A model generated the notes under the pieces. That model was not told the DNA's origin and ran no database searches. It saw only the letters and a program-made list of their open reading frames with translations. 64,000 nucleotides of DNA, taken from contig LSRY02000036.1 in assembly GCA_001643675.2 (NCBI GenBank), forward strand, positions 620,001-684,000, given 5' to 3'. The DNA is from Monocercomonoides exilis PA203. Taxonomy: Eukaryota > Protista > Preaxostyla. The translations under genes and the position numbers were made by a program. This document shows positions 25,601 to 36,200 of the stretch, piece after piece (the first letter of the stretch is position 1; each line of letters starts with the position of its first letter).

Positions 25601-28600
25601 TAATATCCTCAATATTCATGGAAGTGAATGTTCCTGCAGCATTGCTTTCATCAAGATTAATCAGCGGATAGTTCCCAATAGTCAAGTGCAACACAACAAA
25701 CGATGATACAGAGACCTCTCCTGCTGTTGTTGACAAAAATACATAAGATAACGCTGATTGGGAGCCTTGAAATGTCAGTGAGCAATCTTCAAGCGAAAAT
25801 GATTGTGAGGTGGAACTGAAGAATATTTCATGATTTGGAAGAGCAGAAGGAATGGAGAAAATCAATGTTCTCAAATTCGTATTAGTGTTGACTGTTATCA
25901 TGCCTTCTCCACTTCCATCACATTCATCAATCACCTTCCATCCGCTGTTTTCATCATTCCCCTGGATTGTGTGCTTGAAGGAGTCGAATGTCAGCTCCTC
26001 TTCCATTGCAATCATCCCATCAACAACAATCTTCTTTTCCTCTTCTTGCCTTGTCAGCGAATGTTTCAGAGTCAGACAGGGAAACTCAGCATATCCACAA
26101 TGGGAGTGATCAAATGCATCAACATTGCTTGCAACAACCTCTTCTGGCAAAGAAATCAGATACACACACAGCGGTATTGGAATCGTTTCATCTCCATTGT
26201 GGAATCCCCGAATTTTGTTTATTGTGGAATTTGAAGCAGTTAATGAAGTGATCTTCCCACTTGTTGCAGTCGTCCCCAGATCGATCGAGTCAACAAAAAT
26301 ATCACTTCCCCATTTCGCCCTGTTCCCTTCAAATGCTGATGAAATCAGAAATTCTGCACTTGTATCTTTCACTTTCAGCCCAATCCCTCCTCCTCTCCCT
26401 TGAGTGGTCGAGGCATAACAGTTCTTCACAAACCCTCCATTCATCGTCAATGAGCCAATATTCCCCACTTCAATCATTATTCCCCCTCCAAAAACAGAAT
26501 CTTCACTTCCACAGCCATCAATTGTACATCCTTCAAGTGTTATCGAAAATGACCCTTCACCTGAACTTATCAACGATGATCCAGCTGTTGTCCTCACAAT
26601 GTTGCTAAATGTGCAGTTATCCAGAGAGAATGAAACTGACGATCCTTGAGAAAGAGATATCGCACTTGTGGTACTGAATGTTTGCAACCATCTCACATCT
26701 TTCATTTTCAACTCTCCACCATCAACTTTCACAAGTGAGTTTTGAATGCTCCTCTCTTCTGAATGAGCTGCATCCATCGAAATGTTCATTCTCTTCACAT
26801 CCATCAATCCTCTTCCCTGAATCTCAAATAATCTACTTCTTCGATTATTTTCAACTGACGAGTTGTGAACAACTGACAGATCGCTCACAGTCAATTCCCC
26901 TGTTCCAATACAAAATAGACTCAGTCCACTTCCCTCAAATTTTGTTTCAATGGCAGAGCCAGATGGGGAAACTCCACTCAAAGAGATCGTTTTCTCTCCA
27001 ATGTCAACTCCTTTTCCTTCCACAACTGTTCCACTCAACACCTTCATTTCCTCCACAAACCCTACGATCAATTGTGAAAGGCAATGGCTGATTGTTAGAC
27101 AGGCATAACTCTCATTCAATCCACAGCTATATGTATCTTTCGCTTTGGATTGAGTCAATTTGGAGGAGACAAATCTGCATTTCCCACCATTGTTTGGCAA
27201 CCATTCACTTTTATCGCCTCCAGCATAATATCTATTTTCATCTATTCGCGATGAAAAGCACCAAAAAGCTTGAGATTTATTATCATAACTTAAAATAACC
27301 ACATCATTTCCAAATGAGGCACTATTGTTGTGAAAATAACAAAAGTAAAGAAAATTCCCAATTTTTTCATTTAGGGAAATGCAGCAACCGCCTCCCATAT
27401 ATTCGCAAAGGCAATTTAAAAAAAGGCAGTTTTTCAATACTATTTTTTCGTTAACACCACAATCATATCCACCACCTCCTCCATTTTTTGAGCTGTGAGC
27501 GCTGCAATTTTTAAACGAACAATCCAAAATACAATCTTCTGTATTTATTGTTTTTGTACTGTAAATTCCAACTCCCCCTCCATCATTCCCTGACCAGCAA
27601 TCTTCGAACAAACAATTTTCCAAATATGGCTGAATACATATTCCTGATATCTCAACTCCAGCTCCTCCCCAATCTGTCGATGAAGCACAGAAGCACTCTT
27701 CAAACACAGAATGCTTCACAGTGCATTCTCCAATATTCAGAACATAAATGCCTCCACCTCTTGTGGATGTTGCTTTGCATTTCACAAAAGATGAATTCTC
27801 CACAGTGAGCGTTGCGTTTGGATTATCATGAACATACAGTGCTCCACCGCAATCAGCAGAACATTCAATCCACTCTGCATTTTTGAATGTCTGTGTTTCT
27901 GTTGTTGGCAGTCTATCTGTATTCCTAATTCTCCAATCTCTTCTTTCGTTGCGATGAAATGTGCAATTGCTGCACAAAAACACTCCCGATCCCTGTGTTC
28001 CACTCGCTATCCCTCCTTTAAGCACATTCATTGAGCTCATCACAATGCTATCTTCCATGTGGCTTTCAGTGATTGAGTCTTCACTTTTCATCTTTTCATC
28101 GGCTTTGTTCATCTCAGTCACATTCGCAAAAGTGCATTTTTTCACAACTTCGCTGAATCCTTCCCCATTCCTCAAAATGCTCCCTTTCCCACAAAACGCA
28201 ATGTTCCTCCACTCACAGTTTTCTATCTGCACACACGAACTTGCTTTTTGCATCTCCACAACACTATTCGACAAGGAATAACAAGAGCTGCTCATCAGCG
28301 ATGAATTCCTCAAAATACAAAACCCCCAATTGCAAATCGTCGAAGACGAAAGATTCCCTTTTTCAGTCAGCAGGCAACATCCAAAACTCAGCGCAGATTG
28401 CTCCCCAACAAAAAACGAACACTTTTCTCTTGATCGATAAATGCAAACATTCTCCACTCCCATTGAAGAGTTGTGCATGCTGCACATTGTCTTCACAATG
28501 CATTCTTCGTTTCTGTTTTGTCTTCCTTCAAGCATCCCCATCCAGCATTGGAGTTGTTCCTCATTCTGGTCAGGTAGTTGACATCTTCCCCATGCACCAA

Positions 28601-28634
28601 TCACCAATTCAAGGCAAACAACAAGAACTTGCAT
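19611..28634 (-). CDS. Giant type I membrane protein (3007 aa): signal-like N-terminus, Cys/Gly-rich beta-helix-like modular ectodomain, TM, cytoplasmic degenerate tyrosine-kinase-like domain
   Basis: Single uninterrupted ORF. Recurrent GGG/GGA[ILV] and FxxN/FxxC motifs. Five D/NxxxCGxxxxP/AC modules. TM YWLLIVVVLVVILLIVLIISVIFIV. C-terminal LRWKAPE..SVAFSVGMMLWECLTLQIPF..DRPS kinase C-lobe motifs without HRD or DFG. Confidence 0.85.
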   Translation of the reverse strand: MQVLVVCLELVIGAWGRCQLPDQNEEQLQCWMGMLEGRQNRNEECIVKTMCSMHNSSMGVENVCIYRSREKCSFFVGEQSALSFGCCLLTEKGNLSSSTICNWGFCILRNSSLMSSSCYSLSNSVVEMQKASSCVQIENCEWRNIAFCGKGSILRNGEGFSEVVKKCTFANVTEMNKADEKMKSEDSITESHMEDSIVMSSMNVLKGGIASGTQGSGVFLCSNCTFHRNERRDWRIRNTDRLPTTETQTFKNAEWIECSADCGGALYVHDNPNATLTVENSSFVKCKATSTRGGGIYVLNIGECTVKHSVFEECFCASSTDWGGAGVEISGICIQPYLENCLFEDCWSGNDGGGVGIYSTKTINTEDCILDCSFKNCSAHSSKNGGGGGYDCGVNEKIVLKNCLFLNCLCEYMGGGCCISLNEKIGNFLYFCYFHNNSASFGNDVVILSYDNKSQAFWCFSSRIDENRYYAGGDKSEWLPNNGGKCRFVSSKLTQSKAKDTYSCGLNESYACLTISHCLSQLIVGFVEEMKVLSGTVVEGKGVDIGEKTISLSGVSPSGSAIETKFEGSGLSLFCIGTGELTVSDLSVVHNSSVENNRRSRLFEIQGRGLMDVKRMNISMDAAHSEERSIQNSLVKVDGGELKMKDVRWLQTFSTTSAISLSQGSSVSFSLDNCTFSNIVRTTAGSSLISSGEGSFSITLEGCTIDGCGSEDSVFGGGIMIEVGNIGSLTMNGGFVKNCYASTTQGRGGGIGLKVKDTSAEFLISSAFEGNRAKWGSDIFVDSIDLGTTATSGKITSLTASNSTINKIRGFHNGDETIPIPLCVYLISLPEEVVASNVDAFDHSHCGYAEFPCLTLKHSLTRQEEEKKIVVDGMIAMEEELTFDSFKHTIQGNDENSGWKVIDECDGSGEGMITVNTNTNLRTLIFSIPSALPNHEIFFSSTSQSFSLEDCSLTFQGSQSALSYVFLSTTAGEVSVSSFVVLHLTIGNYPLINLDESNAAGTFTSMNIEDISSTTNSVLFGVENGASFSIKDSTLSVKASLQTDLQSGSIRVISTNSSKFLKLTNNTISGFKGIEGNGGAIECTLGRDCSLEIVGGMMRECEINGGNGGGLWVEMKEGSSFTVGNLTEADSAKTTSLNDENDLFGLTNCKAMQTAGGECGYGGGIYLHLDDEASSFILKEVLFSGCDAREGKEIFINANDLWSVIDRSSIGFGVDLNNLTKLNGFERSSLNEAFAIPLVLYLWNNFSGCGFVGGGSLSHDFSKCGFEEFPCCTISKAASVHFEGKKKDVALLEPFVFEEELSLTSNEWSIKGKMENVKCDVSDQKEGAQSGFIANAVPVSMTGIIFSLKRSLTFHESVFECCLGKLTLSKCGMEGGAEAISTVFVKAVGGIVEVIGFGCERGAKWGSSLFVVEGNAESVSSMNMTKSDFGEITFGDGCVVECHNGNIHEMSGCTFSSIVRSQGSGGCVSVSNNKDDNDGRDFKVEINDCSFEGCAVEGKGNEIGGGALFCEAFSKTSLVVSGCKFYCCTAPYGEGSVGYGGGIMLNLLSEMGETDFVISSPTFSSDKPNNAKFGKDLFVSSPSLISSIKNETLPFVKDRLEILTEDSMRGFDGGNKECAIPLIYFWKEIGTSVLVARGGNNVVVCGLLEYPCGSVDYGVKRGSDSEIESIVVQGTCDVRSEMSVSGVMLEGTDGESDKIQFVKEIEGNGNVVVECRGVVQFKEVGILIPTVFDNEASILIQSGFDAIKTSVVRCSIHMKDDAEGELAFVLISASKGIVSIEKTEITGFSTIHEIMSISTDCVTTMSDVNFEDIFLSGKSAIVMRESVVSSSGNENAEEVWNILFDKCTFMNVKHSVSNNPSMLCCDVSKEVRLKMENSTIDGCGSASSNEGGGVFFLLDEKGSLEMNHTNVTDCFCSNIGRGGGLFLKSQSVSQKALPFVLSNITFQGNVASKGRDVFVKCTDLDTQISEWQFLINFGEPFVKELAIWGCAADNYGDEEDLLRRVFVFRSEFIFVSSILGNNSDGKNCGEMKGACSSLNVGVSHIIPSDYSQLYVWNETRLTGSCSAESVTIKSMEANRNAEIKIWEINLGGEGVVKTSEFARLERVKFVFEGTGNIGCSCLMHQLSGSLILESVSFLIENRSEENSQILFDCSLVVVEDGLFEADRCGVGHLIFSKPVFQILSSERATFEDLSVSDVECKSSMFECGKCENVGISKLSATNISLQDRSLISFEAINSSLVFSLMQSSFSNIIKTSSGSCIICTTQPMTDFEMLNCSFRECTSELQKGSQVSVANANKIFLDSCVFVGNLIGNFEKTNNEMDEICRWNGSVIDFSSSSAVVRDTTISNSSKGGITLYGGAMNIKDGRFDNTNPFIQKYPSLRRNIICSDSASLTISSLKGGDGVMPNSSLWILDDGCSLEGIAGESESPFFVPKLEEASASENGCGTEIQFKGALLLPCDLSFRLILSAGDTDLIETYHFAEDGFVSETEAVGMVPSRNLSSIPDETEVSVMIVYGKRLSATDSFILKNRSDPKANGDERIVEGGKEGKSYWLLIVVVLVVILLIVLIISVIFIVRWKKVKNEAEDLREIVNDNIRKDPKAFEMVTMEMSPEEQWRRAEREAEKKNEERIKKRVYAKSLGHSESSEHLLSESGSTEYILGRDSDKIPEWALEKVEEEKDDVSRKRTPSPSISSASTTDTSDTESTFVRGEDLCPTTSSMSNLVDAMACSSPHEKLIVDLRDSLFMLLHGRNEKKEMAIGTLQEREQTAAQVLFWVANLALHSFSEMDNPLQSLANLSPHIVLFSEHMVICIVMHSDFSSDDDSDSSSISSSTVATSASDEEEEEDDSLPSSAFEDEDDNFKKECLRWKAPELQMNKKMGATEKSVAFSVGMMLWECLTLQIPFGEYEAEAAGQKIANGEMPNVGLVKDTPYLEFWRLCISWNEADRPSLSGMKRELIGHFPAGAVMVTLTDAICDSLRDEEEEEEEEEDGMSESISKEEGRKSRKYL
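19882..21301. repeat. Near-identical direct repeat copy 1 (copy 2 at 33458-34877, offset 13,576 bp)
   Basis: Identical shadow ORFs in the track (20444/34020, 20488/34064, 20712/34288, 21071/34647). By eye only one mismatch (19926 G vs 33502 A) up to 21301. Similarity then decays to about 21667. Confidence 0.9.
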
Positions 28635-29172
28635 TTTTCAGCCAAAATAATTGATAGATCATCCATCCATAATCCATCTTTTCGGTTCTGCACTATTATT
28701 TTTAAAGACACAAAAAGACTTAACAGCATTTATTCTCATATTTTTATTTCCATGTTACAACTTTTCCCCGCATTTTTGAATCTAATTGGCTTTGGAACAA
28801 ACTTTTCAAAATATGTCAATCCAAACAGAAGCATTCAAAAGGATAATAAAAGAAATCTCTGACCATACTTCTGAAACTTAATTACTGCTGTTGCTTTGAG
28901 AGCAATTTTCTTTCCGAGTGAACCCTGTTCTGCAAATGAAATTTTTTATCATTTATTTTTTCTCTGAATTTTTCAAAAATGTGCTTCTTGAATTTTTTCT
29001 TTTGGAAAATGACGCAACAAAATCATGGAAAAATAATAATGAAATAAAAAATGAAAATATAAAATAAAATCAAAAATAATATTTTTAATTCAAAATTTAT
29101 AATATTAAAGGTGAAAAGAAAAGAGATAAACTGGATCAATCCACAAAAAACAAAAATAACAACTCAGAAAAG

Positions 29173-32100
29173 ATGAATTCAAACTTCTTTCAAGCTCCTA
29201 AAAATCAGCATACTTTGCGTATTCTTGCTCATGATTCAACTCCACCCAAGCGCCTTATCTTTATTTTTGAAAATGGCAGCAATCTATTTTGCCATCCAAG
29301 CGAGATCAGCAAATTGCAGGCTATCCTCTCCTTTGATTCCGCAAAGGCAAAGGCACATGAAACATCGAAACGGAATAAATGCATGCAGCAGCACCGATAG
29401 AAATAAATAAAGAAAATCAATCATCATCGAAAAAATCAACAAGGGCCTTCGCTTTTGAAGAACGGAGAACAATTTTCATCTTTGATTGAAACAAGCACAT
29501 TCACAACAGAGCGAACGGAGTTTGCCATTTGAAAGAAATTGGCGCAATAGCTCATTTTGTTCGATATGTTGAGGCTTTCGCTTTGATCAGCTCGCTCTTT
29601 TAGCTTCAATTCGCAGTTTTTGATTAAATTTTTTGTGAACAACGCCCTTCATGGTACGTCCAAAAACATTTTTGGCACTGCTTTCTCCTTAGCATATAAA
29701 ATTAATGATGCGCTAAATAAAATAATTGCCACAAGAAATTCGAATCTCAACTCGAATAAACACAAAAAATACAAACTATCGGAATATCATGTTGTGCGTT
29801 TTTCTTAATCCAGCAAAAGCACACTTCCCGGAATGCAGCAAATATATGTCATATGAATCTTTGATCGTTTGAACGCTTTTGCTGCTCTGGACAGTTTTTG
29901 AGGGAAATTCTGTTTTTCATTCATCAGAAATATATGTTGGGCGAAAGATTTGATTTAAAATCGTTTTTTGTGTTAAGATGGAATGACTGGTGGATGAATA
30001 AGAGTCACGCATATACAAATAATTTTTTCGAATGCTTCAAGCTCGTGGTGGTGTGAATGGGATTGATTTGCTCAGTTGAGCGCGAATATGCATATTTCAC
30101 TTTCAAATTGAAATGAGGCATCCAAATCTTCGGTATCTCTGCAAACACTGTAAAGGACATAACGGATCTTTATATGTAGAAGCTGGTCACTTTGTTTTTG
30201 AGCGAGTTGATTTGGGGCTGAATTGATGGTGATTTATTTTCAAAGAATGACGAAAATTGACAGATACATACTTGCGCGAAGCTAAATCGCCTGAACCAAT
30301 GAGCATTATTGAGCGCACATCGGAGATAAAAACAATTTTGTTTGTTCATTCGTCATTTCATTTATATTAAATAAGTATTTTTTATTTTTTGAAACATTCA
30401 ACTTTAGCAGATCAATCCTTATCTTTCATGCTTGAATTTACAGCCCTGCGCGCATCTTTCTCAGGATTCACAAACGCCACAGCTATGCATCTATTTGCCA
30501 TCTGCGTTCCTGGTTGATGCATTTCGGGAATCACAAATTTTTGTTTTCAACAAAACCATTCAAATGACTTTAAATGAATCTCAACTGATTTATTTTCCAC
30601 TCCCAAAAGACGATTTGGAGCAGTCAAGGTGAAAATCTGCTGCACAAAAATTTGTGTTATTGAATCGAAATGCTTCATTAATTGAAATGGAAACAATCTG
30701 GAAGACAAATTGAAGAGCCAGAATTTGCCTTTGTCAAAAAATACAGGATGCGAAGTCAGCTTGGAATGCAGAGCGACTTTTCTTCTGAAATTGAAGGTTT
30801 CACAACGAAGCAGTTTGTTCAGGCTGCGAAGCAGGATCTTCTGAGATTTCCGCTTTTGATGCGCATTGTTTCTTCTCTCAGCCAGGAGCCTTTTCCTTTC
30901 GAGAGAAAGAAGCCATCACAAGAGCAGCCAGAAAAGTGCCTCTCGCTTCACCTCGCTAGCATTGTTCAATCATTTTGGCTTTCCAGATGTTGCAATGTTA
31001 AGTTCATTTCATTGGATTGGGAACAGAATAATTAGAAATTTCTTGAAAATGCTTCATTCAATTTCATCTGAGACTTCACATTTGATTTTCGCTGCGACGG
31101 AATACAAATACTTTTGGGCTGTTGTAAGTGCAGTAAACAAGCACTTTTATGAGGCCAAGAATTTCAGCGTATGCAGCAGGGCTGTTCAGAGGAAGAAGAT
31201 GGCAGAGAAACAGGGAATAGTGCTGCTGGCCTTTGTTGGAGATGCATCAATGGGAAAAGAAATACTGAAGATGATCAACACATCACTTGCTTCACACTCA
31301 GAAGAGCATCTGATAAGGAAATGGATTTTGGAATCGAAGTGAAGAAATGATAACCGAAGAAAGATGAAGAGAGATCGAAAAAGAGAATTCCAATTCTTTG
31401 AAAGATTACAAAAAGTTGTTGGATGAGGAAGAATTGAGCAATGCGGATGGCTCTATTATTGCTGCATGGTCAACAAAAACTGAAAACGTCTTTTTTGATA
31501 AAATCATCGCCTCGTGCAAATCCTAGAGCATGGTGTTGCTCATTTTTAGTTTTATTTGAGCAGCTGGGGAACATCTCTGGCTCAAGCAGAGAAAGATGGA
31601 TTTAGTAGCTTCTGCGGATTGTTTGAGCGCAATATCAGTTGGATTTTCTCTTTTGTTTGAAACTATTTTATTCTTAACCAAAGCGGAATCAGTGTTTTTG
31701 CAAAGTTGCATCATATATTTTTTGGCAAGTGGGAGTTATTGCAGCAGAATTTTCAGGATTGGTCAGAGAGAAGTTGAAGTATTTTGGTCGACTTTTTTCG
31801 AAACCAGTTCATGTTGCGTTCGATTTTCCTCTTCGCAAAGATTGCTGATATAATTTATTGAATTCATTGCAGCATTTGACTCAACATAAAGTGCAATAGA
31901 TTGGCTTTCACCAATGTGTTGCGCTTTCCATTTTAATTGGCCGTTAAATGCTGAGGAACGAATGAAATGCTTTTGAAAAAAAGAATGTGAGGAAAGGCAA
32001 AAGCATTGGACCAGAAGTGGCCTTGCCAGAAATGAGTGAAGGAAGAAGAACGCGATTGATTGATGATTCAAAAAGATGATCTTTGAAGAGATTGTTCATA

Positions 32101-32700
32101 TCAAATTTGCAAATATGAATGAGGCGTTTCTTTATCTTTGACAAGCCACGAGCAATTCAACGTTGTTTTTGTTGCATCAGTTTGTTCTTTGGATAAGCTG
32201 GAAGAAATCAGCAAGGCTGAAACAAAAAAGAAGAAAACCTCTTGTTCTTTGCACTTATTGCGATTCTTGGAAAAGAGAACACGAGAAAGGAAAAAAGAAG
32301 AGAAGAGAGTGAAAAAATAGGAAGAGGATTTATCGAACAAAAGTGAATTCGAATCAGTGATTGTTTTGAAGCTGAGGAAAGGTTTGCAAACAAAATAGCT
32401 TGTTTGACTTTTTTTTTCACGAGCTCTTCTTTTATTTTTATTTTATTTTGTTATTTCTCTCAATTTTTAAATTGTTTCTGGAAACAGAAAAGAGGTCACT
32501 CGAATAACTCTTGTTGATAGGCATGTGACATTTGAAGGCTCCAATGAAAGAAACATCCACAACTGATTGTTTCAGATTTCTTGCTATCTTTTGGATTTTT
32601 ATCGAATGTTTTCTGTGCAACAAGAATGAAGCCAATCGACAAAATGAGCAATGAACCGCTAATCTGGTAGATGCAAGGTCTAATCATTTATTTGCAACAA
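29173..32700. pseudogene. Probable decayed coding relics between the two receptor genes
   Basis: Visibly higher GC than flanking intergenic DNA and many short, overlapping, protein-like ORF fragments on both strands. No consistent splicing model and no recognisable family. Confidence 0.3.
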
Positions 32701-33231
32701 ACATTACAAAAGAAGCAAAATGAACATAAAAGGAGAAGAAATTGCCAATTGAAAAGCTTTTAATCTTCTTTGGCTGTTCCGTGATTTTCCTTGTGAAAAA
32801 TCATTTACTAATACTTTCATTTTTTGTTGCATACTGGATGTTTTATTGAAGAAATGCAGAAATCATCAATTGCTTATTTGCTCTGGGGGAAAAAAAAGAA
32901 AAAAGAATCGAATGAATAAGGAAAGAAATGCTTAAAAAGAACAAAAAGTGAATGCACAGCAGCAGAAAATGTTGCTGATAACACTTATTTGATGAACAAT
33001 TGTGTGAAGTGCATGACATTTCTGGATTAAAGAATGTGAAAGCACAACCGGTTTGAATTTCAATTTCTTGAATCTCATTTTCTTATCACCATTTTTTCTG
33101 ATTGGTTTTGTTATTTTCGTTCTTTCATCAATTTCTATTCAGCTCCATGGTGTGTTTTTTGCATTGATTGCGAATTTGCGAAAAGACGAATGAGCAACTG
33201 AATCTGAGGTTCTCCTTTTCAACTCTTTGAT

Positions 33232-36200
33232 TCATCTGTCAGTTTCATCTGTGAAATAGCTTTCTTCGTGGTGTGAGTCTTCGATATAGATCACTGCATC
33301 AGACATTGTGAGCATCACTTTCCCTTCTGGAAACCGCTGGATAAACTCTCTCTTCAGTGTTTGAAGAGAAAGACGTTTTTCAGACTCAGATGACAAGCAC
33401 AGCATAATTATGGATTCTAACGTTGACTCTTCTGTTGCCTTCAAATTAGGCCTCTCCCCATTCGCAATCTTCTGCCCAGCTGCCTCTGCCTCATACTCCC
33501 CAAACGGGATCTGGAGCGTCAGGCACTCCCACAGCATCATCCCGACCGAGAATGCCACCGACTTCTCTGTTGCCCCCATCTTCTTGTTCATCTGCAGCTC
33601 TGGCGCCTTCCACCTCAGACACTCTTTCTTGAAATTGTCATCCTCATCCTCAAATGCAGACGAGGGCAGAGAGTCATCCTCCTCCTCCTCCTCATCACTG
33701 GCAGATGTCGCAACAGTTGACGAGGAGATGGATGAGGAATCGGAATCATCGTCAGATGAGAAGTCGGAGTGCATCACGATGCAGATGACCATGTGCTCAG
33801 AGAATAGCACAATGTGTGGGCTCAGATTGGCAAGTGACTGAAGAGGGTTGTCCATCTCGGAAAATGAGTGGAGGGCGAGATTGGCCACCCAGAACAAGAC
33901 CTGGGCAGCTGTTTGCTCTCTTTCCTGCAAAGTGCCTATCGCCATCTCCTTCTTCTCATTCCTCCCATGAAGCAGCATGAACAGCGAATCCCTCAGATCC
34001 ACAATCAATTTCTCATGAGGTGATGAGCAGGCCATTGCATCCACCAGATTCGACATCGATGAGGTGGTTGGACACAAATCCTCCCCACGAACAAAGGTGG
34101 ATTCTGTATCTGAAGTGTCTGTGGTTGAAGCGGATGAAATGGATGGTGATGGAGTTCGCTTCCTTGAAACATCATCTTTTTCTTCCTCAACCTTTTCTAA
34201 TGCCCATTCAGGAATCTTGTCTGAATCTCTGCCCAGGATGTATTCAGTCGATCCGCTCTCAGACAGAAGATGCTCTGATGACTCCGAGTGTCCCAAGCTC
34301 TTCGCATACACCCTCTTCTTGATCCTTTCCTCATTTTTCTTCTCTGCTTCCCTTTCTGCTCTCCTCCACTGCTCCTCAGGAGACATCTCCATCGTCACCA
34401 TCTCAAATGCCTTTGGATCTTTTCTGATGTTATCATTCACAATCTCTCTCAGATCTTCTGCTTCATTCTTCACCTTCTTCCATCGAACAATGAATATCAC
34501 AGAAATAATCAGAACAATCAACAATATCACAACAAGCACAACAACAATCAACAACCAATACGATTTCCCTTCTTTTCCTCCTTCAACAATCCTTTCATCC
34601 CCATTTGCCTTGGGATCACTTCTGTTCTTCAGAATGAAAGAATCAGTTGCAGACAACCGCTTTCCATACACAATCATCACAGACACCTCCGTCTCATCTG
34701 GGATCGACGAAAGATTTCTCGAAGGCACCATCCCAACTGCTTCCGTTTCGCTCACAAACCCATCTTCTGCAAAATGATATGTCTCAATCAGGTCTGTATC
34801 TCCAGCTGACAAAATCAGTCGGAATGACAAATCGCATGGCAGAAGAAGTGCTCCCTTGAATTGAATTTCAGTCCCACCTCCATTTTCGCTGGCCGAAGCC
34901 CCTTCCAGCTTGGGAATGAAGAAGGGCGATTCCCTTTCTCCTGCTATCCCTTCCAGGCTGCATCCATCATCCAGAATCCACAGCGAAGAATTGGGCATCA
35001 CCCCATCTCCTCCCTTCAAACTGGAAATGGTCAGCGAAGCAGAATCCGAGCAGATAATGTTTCGACAAAGCGATGGATATTTTGCAATGAAAGGATTGTT
35101 GCCAAAGAATTCTCCTTTCTCTATCGTCACAGATCCTCCTCTCGCAGTCATCCCTCCCTTTGAGGAGTTGAAAATTGTTGTGTCTCTCACAACAGCTGAA
35201 CTGCTCGAAAAATCAATTACAGATCCATTCCATCTGCATATTTCCTCTATTCTGCCATTTTCAGAAGACTCCATTTTTCGATCTTCATCAACAACACCAA
35301 GGAAAATGCACAAATCAAAACACACATCAGAACAATTAACCACTGATACAATCGATCCTTTCTCCTTTTCGCTCAAGCATTTTCCAAATGAACAATTCGA
35401 AAGAACAACATTTTCCTCCAAATTCTGCATTTTCACAGCACTTCCACTTCTCAACAGCGTTATGTTCTGAGCATCAAGCTCCTTCATCTGCACTCTTGCC
35501 CTGCCACCAACTTCTATTGCATTTCCCTCTGATAATATATTAAGAATTTTGGTTTCTGATATAAAAGCTTTTGACTCACCAATGAATTCTATCAAAGGCA
35601 CTGATGTTTTCATTCTCACCATCTCGCACTTGTCCATCTCCAGTTCTCCACCTTCGACAGCCATTATTGAGTTTTTAATGAGATATCCAAATGATGAAGA
35701 TGAAAATTCGCATTCTCTCAACTCTGTTGTTCCGTTCTGCACTTTCAGAATGTGTCTGTGATTTGCTTCAAACATTTCTCCAAACTCAAATGCACATCTC
35801 TCTGCAACACACTCATTCACAAACACAATCACACTCCTTTCGTTTCCCATCTCTTGAATGGTTGCATTGAAATGGATTGTCGCCTTTGTCTTCTTCACTG
35901 ATTTCACGCACAAGTCTCCGATCACACATTCTCCACCAATGTCTCCTTCTCCATCAACAAAAATCATATTTGCAACACCTCTTTGAATGTGGCTCGCACT
36001 GCAGCTGATGCTTTTGCACGGATTTGTCTGTGCCCCGCACTGCCTGCTGTCTGTTCCTCCAACATTCGCAAACACCTGAACTGCAAAATAGAATGTGATC
36101 AATGGAATCAGATCAACATCTCCACCTCCACTCGCATCGCTCCCCCAAACAGAGTTGTTCAACTTCAGTGCTTCTTGGCTGAAGTCCAGTGAAAACAATG

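Noticed and set aside
19645-28654. Many plus-strand ORFs within the giant genes (also 33410-41410)
   Set aside because: Antisense shadows of long coding sequences, with no independent motifs.
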